Origin: Methanomassiliicoccaceae archaeon
Lineage (GTDB): Archaea > Thermoplasmatota > Thermoplasmata > Methanomassiliicoccales > UBA472
Direction of reading: 5' to 3'
NCBI GenBank assembly: GCA_963751645.1
Contig: CAVVVD010000007.1
Coordinates: 12,330 to 76,329 of the forward strand
Length of the DNA: 64,000 nt
Shown: positions 40,027 to 47,924 of the stretch, piece after piece
Position numbering within the stretch: the first letter of the stretch is position 1
Layout: every line of letters begins with the position of its first letter
Notes under the pieces: model-generated
The model's database searches: none
What the model saw: only the letters and a program-made list of their open reading frames with translations
Told to the model about the DNA's origin: nothing
Translations under genes and position numbers: made by a program

Positions 40027-41898
40027 ATGTCGTTTAAAAGAATACTTCTTGTCAAACCCTCCGGTAGACATGGTCTTTCCTATGCGTTCGACCTGATCCC
40101 TACTGGGATCGAATACATTGCCGCCATGGTGGAGGACATCGTGGAAAAAGTGACCATCTTGGACCTAGAGATGGAGCATAGGCCTTTCGAGGAGGCTTTC
40201 AAGGAGTCCTTGACGGCCCATGGACCCCGACCTTGTTGCGATAACGATGTCAGCAACGGAGCACGGCGAAGGTCTAAGGCTCGCGCAGTTGGCAAAGGAC
40301 CGGGGGGCCGTGACGGTTTTGGGTGGATACCATCCCACCGCCATCCCAGATGAACTTCTTTCACAGCCTCAGGTGGACATGGTCGTACGCGGTGAGGGTG
40401 AGCTCACCATGCGTGAGCTGATAACGAAAGGAGGGCCACAAGGCGTAGACGGCATCTCATACAAGGACGAAGGGTCGGATAGTCCATAACCCCGATAGAG
40501 AGTTCATCGAGGACCTGGACAGCATTCCTTTTCCTGCGCGGCATCTTAGGAAGTATGCCTATGGTACAAGGTTATTGCGAGACCGAGAATATGATGTGCT
40601 GACGACGTCTCGAGGGTGTTGGGGCAGATGCACCTTCTGCTGCGAACCCACCATGAGCAAGAGCCATCAACGCTACCGCTCACCCGAGAACGTGATGAAG
40701 GAGATATTGGAAATCGTCTCTTTCCACCACAACAAGCCGCTCAGTATGGATATTTCCGACCCTCATTTTATGGGGAGACCGAAGCTGGTGGAGCAGCTGT
40801 GTGACCTCTTGGCACAACATGATCTCGACATACGTTTCGGCGTCAAGGTACGGGCCGACTCGGTGGCGAAACACCCTGAGATCGTAAGGAAAATGATCGC
40901 GGTGGGCATCGAGGGTTTCGAGATGGGTATAGAAAGCCCGCATATAGAGGACATCAAGTCCACATCCAAGGGCATGAGCACAGACGTTCACGTTCAAGCG
41001 GTCAACAACATAAAACGATGGGGTGGGAATGCTGGCGGGACATTTGTCATTGGTCTCCCCGATCAGACCGAAGAACAGATCCTCCTATTCCCAGCCTACG
41101 CCAAGAAGATAGGGCTTACAAGTTCGGCCTACGGTGTCGCAACACCTTTTCCTGGCACCCAATTCTATGATGATCTGAAAGCCCAGGGATTGATCTTTGA
41201 GAACGACTGGAACCGTTATGATGAGATGCACTCCGTCTTCAGGTCCAAACACATCTCCAGCGCAAGGATCGAAGAGCTTGCCTCCATCTGCATGGCCAGA
41301 TTCTGGACCATGGACACGTTCATCGAAAAGGAACGGATGCATACTGATAAGGAGCGGGTCCAAAAGACCGCTCGCCAAATTCATCGATGATAGGGTGCAT
41401 GAGCTGGGCATCTCGGTGGATATGGGCTCGCAGCTTCAGAACAAGAACCTGGGGAAACACGTGTTGGCGGTCATAGAGGCTGCGGCGGACCCGGGTGTGG
41501 AGGAATACACGAGAAGGGTGGGGGTGCACAACGTCATCGATATGGCTTTGTTCCTAAAGGTCCTTGGCGCTCAAACGTTGCAGCTCACAATCAAGAACAA
41601 GGGCGTGGCGATAACGAGCTGGATCCTAAGACCACTAAAGACGCGGTGGAGTATATCCAGGTTATCCCAGGAAGGGCAGAGCAGAGATACCATCAACATG
41701 GAATTGGATCTTGATGATTTCGAGTTCGGTGAGGCTCGCGAACGCACCATCATCGACGACATCCGTATCGTGGGTAAAATGCTCGCCTCGAACAGAGGGA
41801 TCAAAAAGCAGCCGAACATGATGCGGTTGTTCATGGCTGGTGGCATCGAGTCGTTAGTAGGATATGTAAGAACGACCGGCCAGACGAGACAAGATTAG
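40027..41898 (+). pseudogene. B12-binding-domain radical SAM protein, three frame breaks
   Basis: ORFs 40015..40353, 40220..40489, 40575..41390 and 41197..41898 join into one protein of about 620 aa. It has an N-terminal B12-binding-like 'PDLVAITMSATEHG...VLGGYHPT', the radical SAM 'SRGCWGRCTFCCE' (CxxxCxxC), and a C-terminal extension. The junctions are at G runs 40222-40223, 40477-40478 and 41356-41358. Confidence 0.7.
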
Positions 41899-41918
41899 AT
41901 CTGCGCACCGCCCCGTCA

Positions 41919-41970
41919 GATGGTCGCTCCAGGACCGTGTTCGGATAGATTCGAATCCGACTGGCCTCCC
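41919..41970 (+). other. degenerate tRNA 3'-half-like fragment
   Basis: Shares 'GATGGTCG' (41919-41926) and 'TTCGAATCCGAC' (41950-41961) with the 3' half of the tRNA(CAU) 2.2 kb upstream. The T-stem cannot pair and there is no 5' half. Confidence 0.3.
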
Positions 41971-42097
41971 TATCATCTTACCAATTCGTTAGCCAAAGGG
42001 CTGGTACAATTTGTCTGATGATGTGTAAATTAAAGGTCGAATCATTATCTTAAGAGCAAGATTTTGGCAGGATCATGTTTTAATAGCCGTTTTTATA

Positions 42098-42538
42098 ATG
42101 AATCATATTGCGATCATTTCTGAAGGGAATGATATGGATCTATTACAATTGATCATAGCGATCATTGTTCTTCTCATCTCCTGGGCAATACTGTCCATAC
42201 CCTTGTGGCTAGCGGCAAAAGTGCTTACTGCGGGAAAAGCGACGTTGGGCGCGGCCATGATCGGCATGCTCCTGGGAGGGATCGTGTTCTTGGTGGTCTA
42301 TGCAGTCACGTACTTGCTCACAGATACCTTCACCAGTTCGAGCAATGCGATGATCGTTGCATCGATGATCAGCTTTCTGGCTTTTTTAGGGCTCTATAAG
42401 ATATTGTTCGATGTCGGTTGGCTCAAAGCATTGGCGATCGCCATCTTGGCCATAATATTCACATTGATCATGTATTTCATAATCGCAGCGATCTTGGTCG
42501 CTTTGGGATTGACGGTGTTTTCATTGTACACAAACTAA
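42098..42538 (+). CDS. small membrane protein (4 TM), hypothetical
   Basis: 146-aa hydrophobic ORF in an AT-rich stretch. Alternative ATG at 42134. Confidence 0.5.
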   Translation: MNHIAIISEGNDMDLLQLIIAIIVLLISWAILSIPLWLAAKVLTAGKATLGAAMIGMLLGGIVFLVVYAVTYLLTDTFTSSSNAMIVASMISFLAFLGLYKILFDVGWLKALAIAILAIIFTLIMYFIIAAILVALGLTVFSLYTN

Positions 42539-43086
42539 TGCCAAAGGACCGATGTGACCTGAAGCCCAAACCCTTCATTCCTTCCCTCACTTGGAGGATA
42601 TTCCAGTTCGATTCGATATATCGTTTCTTTGACCTTAAAGCTGACCGACTTTTCATAGTAGGCGTCTAAATCGTAAGAGAAGAGGTAACTCATGTTTCTT
42701 TCGACGAGCCCTCGTTTCGTTGCTCGGCGATGGTCGAATTTCTGTTACTACACCGTTCATCGGATTCCTGTTGTATTATCAAACAAACCTTCCCGTCCAT
42801 GGAAGAATGGAAGAAACCATAACGATAAGTTCTGATGATGAAGAACTTGCCATTACAATGAACGATACTGGCTAATTCTAGATGATCAAGGTTCCCAAGC
42901 CCATTGTTTTCTCCAAAATAAAGGATTTATTCAATTAGAGGGAGACATGCCCATATGATATGACGGAAAAGTCAAGGTCGGTGATCTTGGCATCTATGTG
43001 GACTTCTGAGCGATATCGATCTTTCTCAAGACCATCTGTCCGATCCTAAAAACATAATATACAGTCCTGCTCACATTCATATACAC

Positions 43087-44589
43087 GTGGCTATAGGATT
43101 TGGCGAAATATGGTCCATTGTTGAAATATACGTAGCGATTATCCTAACGTTCCTCGCCATCCTGGTGATAATCGTTGTGATATTCGTTCAGAAGAAAAGG
43201 CCCGAGGCCGTCCTTGTGTGGATCCTTGCCATCCTTTTGGCCGTATTTTTTTGGATCCTTTCCGCATTCATTTACCCGTTGATACTTTTCCTCCTATTCT
43301 ATGTCTACCTAGGGCGGGACCATCATAGAAAGAAGATGTTCCGCAACAAGGCGGAGGCTGACCGGGGCGTTTCCAACGCCCTAGGCAAGTCAATGGGTGG
43401 CCTTTTCGTCTCCGACCTGTCCAAACCTGGACTTGGGCCTAACGAATCGTTGGCGCGTATGCTGTTCACCTCCAACCAATCCTTCCTCACCAATGACAAC
43501 GAGGTGGTCTATTTCAACGAGGGGGCGCTTATTTTCGAGGACATGCTCAAGGAGATCATGGGAGCGAAGCGCTTCGTGCACATGGAGTTCTACATGATCC
43601 GCAACGATCCATTGGCCAAGGAGTTCGCCCAAGTCCTTGCGCAGAAGGCCAAGGAGGGTGTGGAGATCAAGCTTGTCATGGACGCTGCAGGGTGCCACAA
43701 GCTTCCTAGGAAGTTCTTCAAGGAGCTGACGGATGCAGGAGGCAAGACCGTCCTGTTCCTCCCATCGCTCTTCGGAGCCTTGAACATCGGCATCAACAAC
43801 CGCAACCATCGTAAGCTATTCGTCGTGGACGGGGACACCGCCTACATGGGTGGTACGAACATAGGTGTGGAATACCGCGGAGAGGGGCCGCTCGGCTATT
43901 GGCGCGATGACATGGTACGCATCCGCGGCAGTGGCGCCATCAGTGTTGAGAAGCGCTTTGTCCTAGATTGGAACTTCGCCGCCAAGGACCATTTGAAGGT
44001 TGAGGATTATGCCCCGACCAGGCGTGGCAGTGGCAAGGCCAGTTTGCAGATCGTCTCCGGGGGACCGGACAAGGTCTCTCGACAGATCGAGGAGCAATAT
44101 GTGAAGATGATCACCACCGCTGAGAAGTATGTGTACATCCAGACGCCTTACTTCGTTCCGAGCGAGGCGGTGATCGCCGCCTTGGTGGCCGCGGCCAAGT
44201 CTGGGGTGGACGTACGGGTCATGATGCCCTCCAAGCCCGATCACGTGTTCATCTACTGGGCCTCGTTGTACAATGCGGGAGACATGCTACGCAGCAACGT
44301 ACGAATCCACCAGTTCATGAAGGAAGGTTTCATCCACGCCAAGGTCCTGGTCATCGACGACCAGGTGGCATCGGTCGGTAGTGCAAACTTTGACCGCCGC
44401 AGCTTGGAACTGAACTTCGAGAGCAACGCCGTCGTCTATGACGAGGATATCGCCAAGATGGTAAAGGCCGCCTACCTTGACGATGTCGAACATCGGTGCA
44501 CTGAGCTTACCGCGGAAAAGTACTCAACGCGCTCATGGGTGGTCAAGGCCAAGGAGGACATATCCAGACTCTACGGCCCAGTCGCTTAA
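43087..44589 (+). CDS. cls: cardiolipin synthase (PLD superfamily)
   Basis: Two N-terminal TM helices and two HKD motifs, 'NHRKLFVVDG' and 'IHAKVLVIDD'. GTG start. Confidence 0.85.
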   Translation: MAIGFGEIWSIVEIYVAIILTFLAILVIIVVIFVQKKRPEAVLVWILAILLAVFFWILSAFIYPLILFLLFYVYLGRDHHRKKMFRNKAEADRGVSNALGKSMGGLFVSDLSKPGLGPNESLARMLFTSNQSFLTNDNEVVYFNEGALIFEDMLKEIMGAKRFVHMEFYMIRNDPLAKEFAQVLAQKAKEGVEIKLVMDAAGCHKLPRKFFKELTDAGGKTVLFLPSLFGALNIGINNRNHRKLFVVDGDTAYMGGTNIGVEYRGEGPLGYWRDDMVRIRGSGAISVEKRFVLDWNFAAKDHLKVEDYAPTRRGSGKASLQIVSGGPDKVSRQIEEQYVKMITTAEKYVYIQTPYFVPSEAVIAALVAAAKSGVDVRVMMPSKPDHVFIYWASLYNAGDMLRSNVRIHQFMKEGFIHAKVLVIDDQVASVGSANFDRRSLELNFESNAVVYDEDIAKMVKAAYLDDVEHRCTELTAEKYSTRSWVVKAKEDISRLYGPVA

Positions 44590-44595
44590 ATGTCC

Positions 44596-45498
44596 CTACC
44601 TTCCCTTCTCCTGGGTTCTGCGCAGCTTCCGTCTGAAATAATGCGGGATGCGCGGCAGGTTCTGCTCGAAATGCACATGCATGGACGGTAGGAAATAACG
44701 GGAGTGCCTGCCGATGAGCACCGTTCCGGTCAATGCCTTCATAAAGGGACCCTTCTCCTCACCTATAACGAAGTTCTCCCTTCGCTCTACGGCGCCCAAG
44801 AACTCCTCAATATCTGAGGCTAGGGCACAGGTGACGACGGTCCCGGTATCCTGGAGCGTATGACCGTCCGTCCCCCCTGTGAAGCACTTGCCCTTGTCGA
44901 GGGCTAGCTCTAACGCGCGAACGTTGAGGGAATGCGCCATGCCCCCACAAAGCACCTCCAAGCCCTCGAATGAGTCTAGGATGCTGGAGGGAAGATATTC
45001 GCCGTCAATGCATTTCTGTAAGCCTTTGTTGAACATGAGATAACCATAGGGATGCGCGGCGACGGTCAGGCATGAGTATGCGGACGATGCTTCGACGATC
45101 TTCGAGGTGGAGGAGCGGATGGCGAGCCAAGGACTCTTTCTCTTCTGTGGCTTGATGTGCTTGATATAGAACTCCTCCAGGTCATGGGACGAATAAAAAT
45201 AGACGAGGATGTGTGGCCCGTCCGCGGCGCTGATCTCGATCCCAGGGACAACCATGACCTGTTCTCGTTCAGCGAACGCCCTGAGGGAACCTGAGATCTC
45301 GTTGTGGTCCGTGACCGCCACCCCGAAACCCTCCTTCCTCGCTCTTCTAAGAAGGCTAGCAACGCTCAATGTCGCGTCCGAATGGTCAGTATGGAGGTGC
45401 ATGTCCACGCAGGAGAAGCCATGGTCCCTTAGATCGACCAGGTCTGGAGGCTCGAACCTCACCCTCTCCCTCACCTCATACCGCATCCGGCCATTCAT
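44596..45498 (-). CDS. PHP-domain metal-dependent phosphoesterase
   Basis: 'VDMHLHTDHSDATLS', 'VAVTDHNEISG', 'AAHPYG'. The ATG at 45498 is preferred, although the ORF is open to 45693. Confidence 0.7.
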   Translation of the reverse strand: MNGRMRYEVRERVRFEPPDLVDLRDHGFSCVDMHLHTDHSDATLSVASLLRRARKEGFGVAVTDHNEISGSLRAFAEREQVMVVPGIEISAADGPHILVYFYSSHDLEEFYIKHIKPQKRKSPWLAIRSSTSKIVEASSAYSCLTVAAHPYGYLMFNKGLQKCIDGEYLPSSILDSFEGLEVLCGGMAHSLNVRALELALDKGKCFTGGTDGHTLQDTGTVVTCALASDIEEFLGAVERRENFVIGEEKGPFMKALTGTVLIGRHSRYFLPSMHVHFEQNLPRIPHYFRRKLRRTQEKGR

Positions 45499-45893
45499 AG
45501 GGCTCTGGCATAAAAAATGCTCGCGTGGAGCGAATTCCAAAACCGCAACTACTCTATGAGGAATGCTAAGACCGAGCCGATTCCTATTGCTCCCCAATTC
45601 ATGATTATTGCCAATTGACAACACTATATGGTCTTCTCTTAAGGCCCATCGACGAACATCGATCGAAGGTCGGGTCGGTCCAATGCGCTCCATGCCCTTC
45701 CTTCGATTGAAGTCGGTCCTCAGGGCGATCGCTCACCGATGGAATGGAGATGCTATAAGCGTTCATCGGCGGTGAGAAGATCTTGAGATCTTAATCTTTA
45801 TTTTCATTAATCCGACCTTCCAGTAAATAAATGGGCGAATGCCATGTCCCTGAAACAATTAATATTCATGGGGTTCAATGATGTTGTCATCTG

Positions 45894-46169
45894 ATGAAAG
45901 GAGGAGATGCTCTGGAAACCGGCGGAGAAAGGGTGGAGAGCAAGGAGGACCTATTAAACGATCAGTGGGTCGAGGAGAACTTCGAGGACCTGATCCAGCA
46001 GTATCCACGAAAATGGATAGTAGTGATGGACCGAAAGGTGGTCACGTCGGGCGGAATCCGTTACTTCGCGGAGAGGAAGGCAAAGGGGATCGCGGGGGGC
46101 AAGGACTACTCGATATACTTCATCCCGCCGACCAATACCAGGACCGATTCGACGTACGAGACCCACTGA
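45894..46169 (+). CDS. small DUF5678-like protein
   Basis: 'WVEENFEDLIQQYPRKWIVVMDRKVVTSG' resembles the DUF5678 pattern of small archaeal proteins. Confidence 0.4.
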   Translation: MKGGDALETGGERVESKEDLLNDQWVEENFEDLIQQYPRKWIVVMDRKVVTSGGIRYFAERKAKGIAGGKDYSIYFIPPTNTRTDSTYETH

Positions 46170-46250
46170 CCTCCTTGTAACAGTTAACGTGCCATCAGAA
46201 ATGCCCTGAAATCTTGATGTCCTATCGACCGACCGATGCGGCCCCTAGAC

Positions 46251-47198
46251 TTATTTATGCGATCCCCCAATCCACGTTGCATCCTTTGAAATCCTTTTGA
46301 GTTCCTCCTCGCCTATTCTCGGAGCATAAAAACCATATTTTGTTCCGATGTTGCATTCCTCGTAGGCGATCTTGAAACATCCATTGTCCCCCCAATCGGG
46401 ACCCCAACTATTCTTGACGATCCAATACCCTCCCTCTTCAATATCGTTGAATCCGATAATACAAACCGCATGGTCATCAGGACTACTATCGATCATATAT
46501 GTGGGACCGTCCGGACCGTATACCAGAATTTTTTCTTTTGAGTGATGATAGACCCTTGTGCTCGAACTGTAATTGTCCAGGTCCGCAAAGACTTCCATTC
46601 CTGTGACAAGGGGCCCTATGCCCATCAACCAGCTCTTTGCATAGTCGGGATCGTTCGTCTTATCCCAACTCATTCTTACCGATAATCGATCGCGATTGGC
46701 ACACGGGTTTTCGAGCTCGACCTTATCTTTCCATGGGTAGCAAGATTCCAGACAGACGCCCTCCTTGGCGCTCCTTTCCATCAAGGTTGCGAAGTCCCAA
46801 CCCGTTTCCGATCTCTTCTTCTTGAGCATGCTGTCCTTTTCCCAGAACATAAGGTCCGCTTCGGAGAGATCTGTAGTACCTACCTTTTCCCTAACATCCT
46901 TCCTCATCAGAATCGTGGACTCCATTGCCGCCACCATGGCAAATGGAACGCAGGCATGATGCCCTTTCTGGTCCTTACAGGGCGTGATGATTTCGCCATC
47001 TTTCTGTCGCCAGTCCCAGAATGGCCTTGCCGCCCCAGGACTCGTTTGAGGATGAAGTGTTCGCCATTCCTTCGCCTCTTGATATTTTTTAAGATTGGCT
47101 TCCTTCTCTGAGTTACTGATAAGCAACCCGACCGTCTTACCTGGCATATTTTGGCCTCTCCCTGAAATCAACCGTTCGGGATAGGGCTTCTTCTTCAT
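46251..47198 (-). CDS. papain-family (C1A) cysteine peptidase, cytoplasmic (no signal peptide)
   Basis: 'FWDWRQKDGEIITPCKDQKGHHACVPFA' (Gln-x5-Cys oxyanion/nucleophile), 'DHAVCIIGF' (His) and 'YWIVKNSWGPDWGDNGCFKI' (Asn-Ser-Trp). The N-terminus is hydrophilic and Lys-rich. Confidence 0.85.
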   Translation of the reverse strand: MKKKPYPERLISGRGQNMPGKTVGLLISNSEKEANLKKYQEAKEWRTLHPQTSPGAARPFWDWRQKDGEIITPCKDQKGHHACVPFAMVAAMESTILMRKDVREKVGTTDLSEADLMFWEKDSMLKKKRSETGWDFATLMERSAKEGVCLESCYPWKDKVELENPCANRDRLSVRMSWDKTNDPDYAKSWLMGIGPLVTGMEVFADLDNYSSSTRVYHHSKEKILVYGPDGPTYMIDSSPDDHAVCIIGFNDIEEGGYWIVKNSWGPDWGDNGCFKIAYEECNIGTKYGFYAPRIGEEELKRISKDATWIGGSHK

Positions 47199-47219
47199 CC
47201 TATCCCGTTATTGGGTTTC

Positions 47220-47756
47220 CTATGGCAACGTCCCTGAACCAGGCGGCCCTATGTCCTCTATAACGTCCTCTTTAGGCGGTTCCTGTCTCATCACCGTGGT
47301 CAATAGTAACGATTTCCATATTTCCGTCGTCTCTGTCGGTGCGAGGTCTACTGTTTTGAAAATCGATTGGAACTTCCTCCATGTCTCTGAGTATGCGTAT
47401 TTGTCCCAATCGATATCAAGGTCATCGATGCCTTTCGTTCCAATTGCAATCAAGGCATCTGCGGTTAACCTGGTCATTCCATAAACCGTCATCAGCTCCG
47501 CAATGACTTTTTCCCTCCTGGCATCGGATTGCCTCTTGGCCATAATAGCGAGGCGAAGAGCGTTTTGAATAACATGACATTTCTCAATGTCCAGTTCCTG
47601 TCCGTCTTCGATCTTTTTGCAGATGTATTCATTGTAATATTCCAAGGCGGTCTTATCCTTCTTAATGTCGTTCAAAGATTCGATGCCCAGTCCCTTAAGG
47701 GCCTCGATGCCCTCGGGAACGAGGAACAAGATTTTGTTTAATTTAATTGTCGGCAT
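47220..47756 (-). CDS. hypothetical protein with two helix-hairpin-helix-like motifs
   Basis: 178 aa. 'EGIEALKGLGIESLNDI' and 'TADALIAIGTKGIDDLDI'. Its stop lies 21 nt upstream of the peptidase start. No family recognised. Confidence 0.4.
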   Translation of the reverse strand: MPTIKLNKILFLVPEGIEALKGLGIESLNDIKKDKTALEYYNEYICKKIEDGQELDIEKCHVIQNALRLAIMAKRQSDARREKVIAELMTVYGMTRLTADALIAIGTKGIDDLDIDWDKYAYSETWRKFQSIFKTVDLAPTETTEIWKSLLLTTVMRQEPPKEDVIEDIGPPGSGTLP

Positions 47757-47924
47757 TTCCCCACATCCTGGTCCTAATCATCAGATCAAGGACAATCCCA
47801 TGATTCCCCCCACGAATAATTAACTTTTACGACAACGATTTGATTCCCCATTTTTTATTAATGATTGTAATGAAATAATGAATAATGTTAGATATTGACG
47901 ATCGAACATTGCGAGCGAGATTTA

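Noticed and set aside
39656-40071. Two minus-strand ORFs (69 and 119 aa) overlapping the tRNA(CAU) locus
   Set aside because: They run antisense through a well-folding tRNA gene and its AT-rich flanks, and have no coding-like features.
41878-41966. Possibility that the tRNA-like fragment is a complete (long-arm or intron-containing) tRNA using GGCCAG/CTGGCC as acceptor
   Set aside because: The T-stem cannot pair ('ATAGA' opposite 'CCGAC'), no credible D-arm or anticodon arm can be drawn, and the 5' part lies inside the radical SAM coding sequence.
42535-42693. 52-codon minus-strand ORF ('MSYLFSYDLDAYYEKSVSFKV...') in the AT-rich region after the small membrane protein gene
   Set aside because: There is no recognisable family, promoter or partner gene, and it overlaps the stop of the convergent gene. 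The evidence is insufficient to call it.
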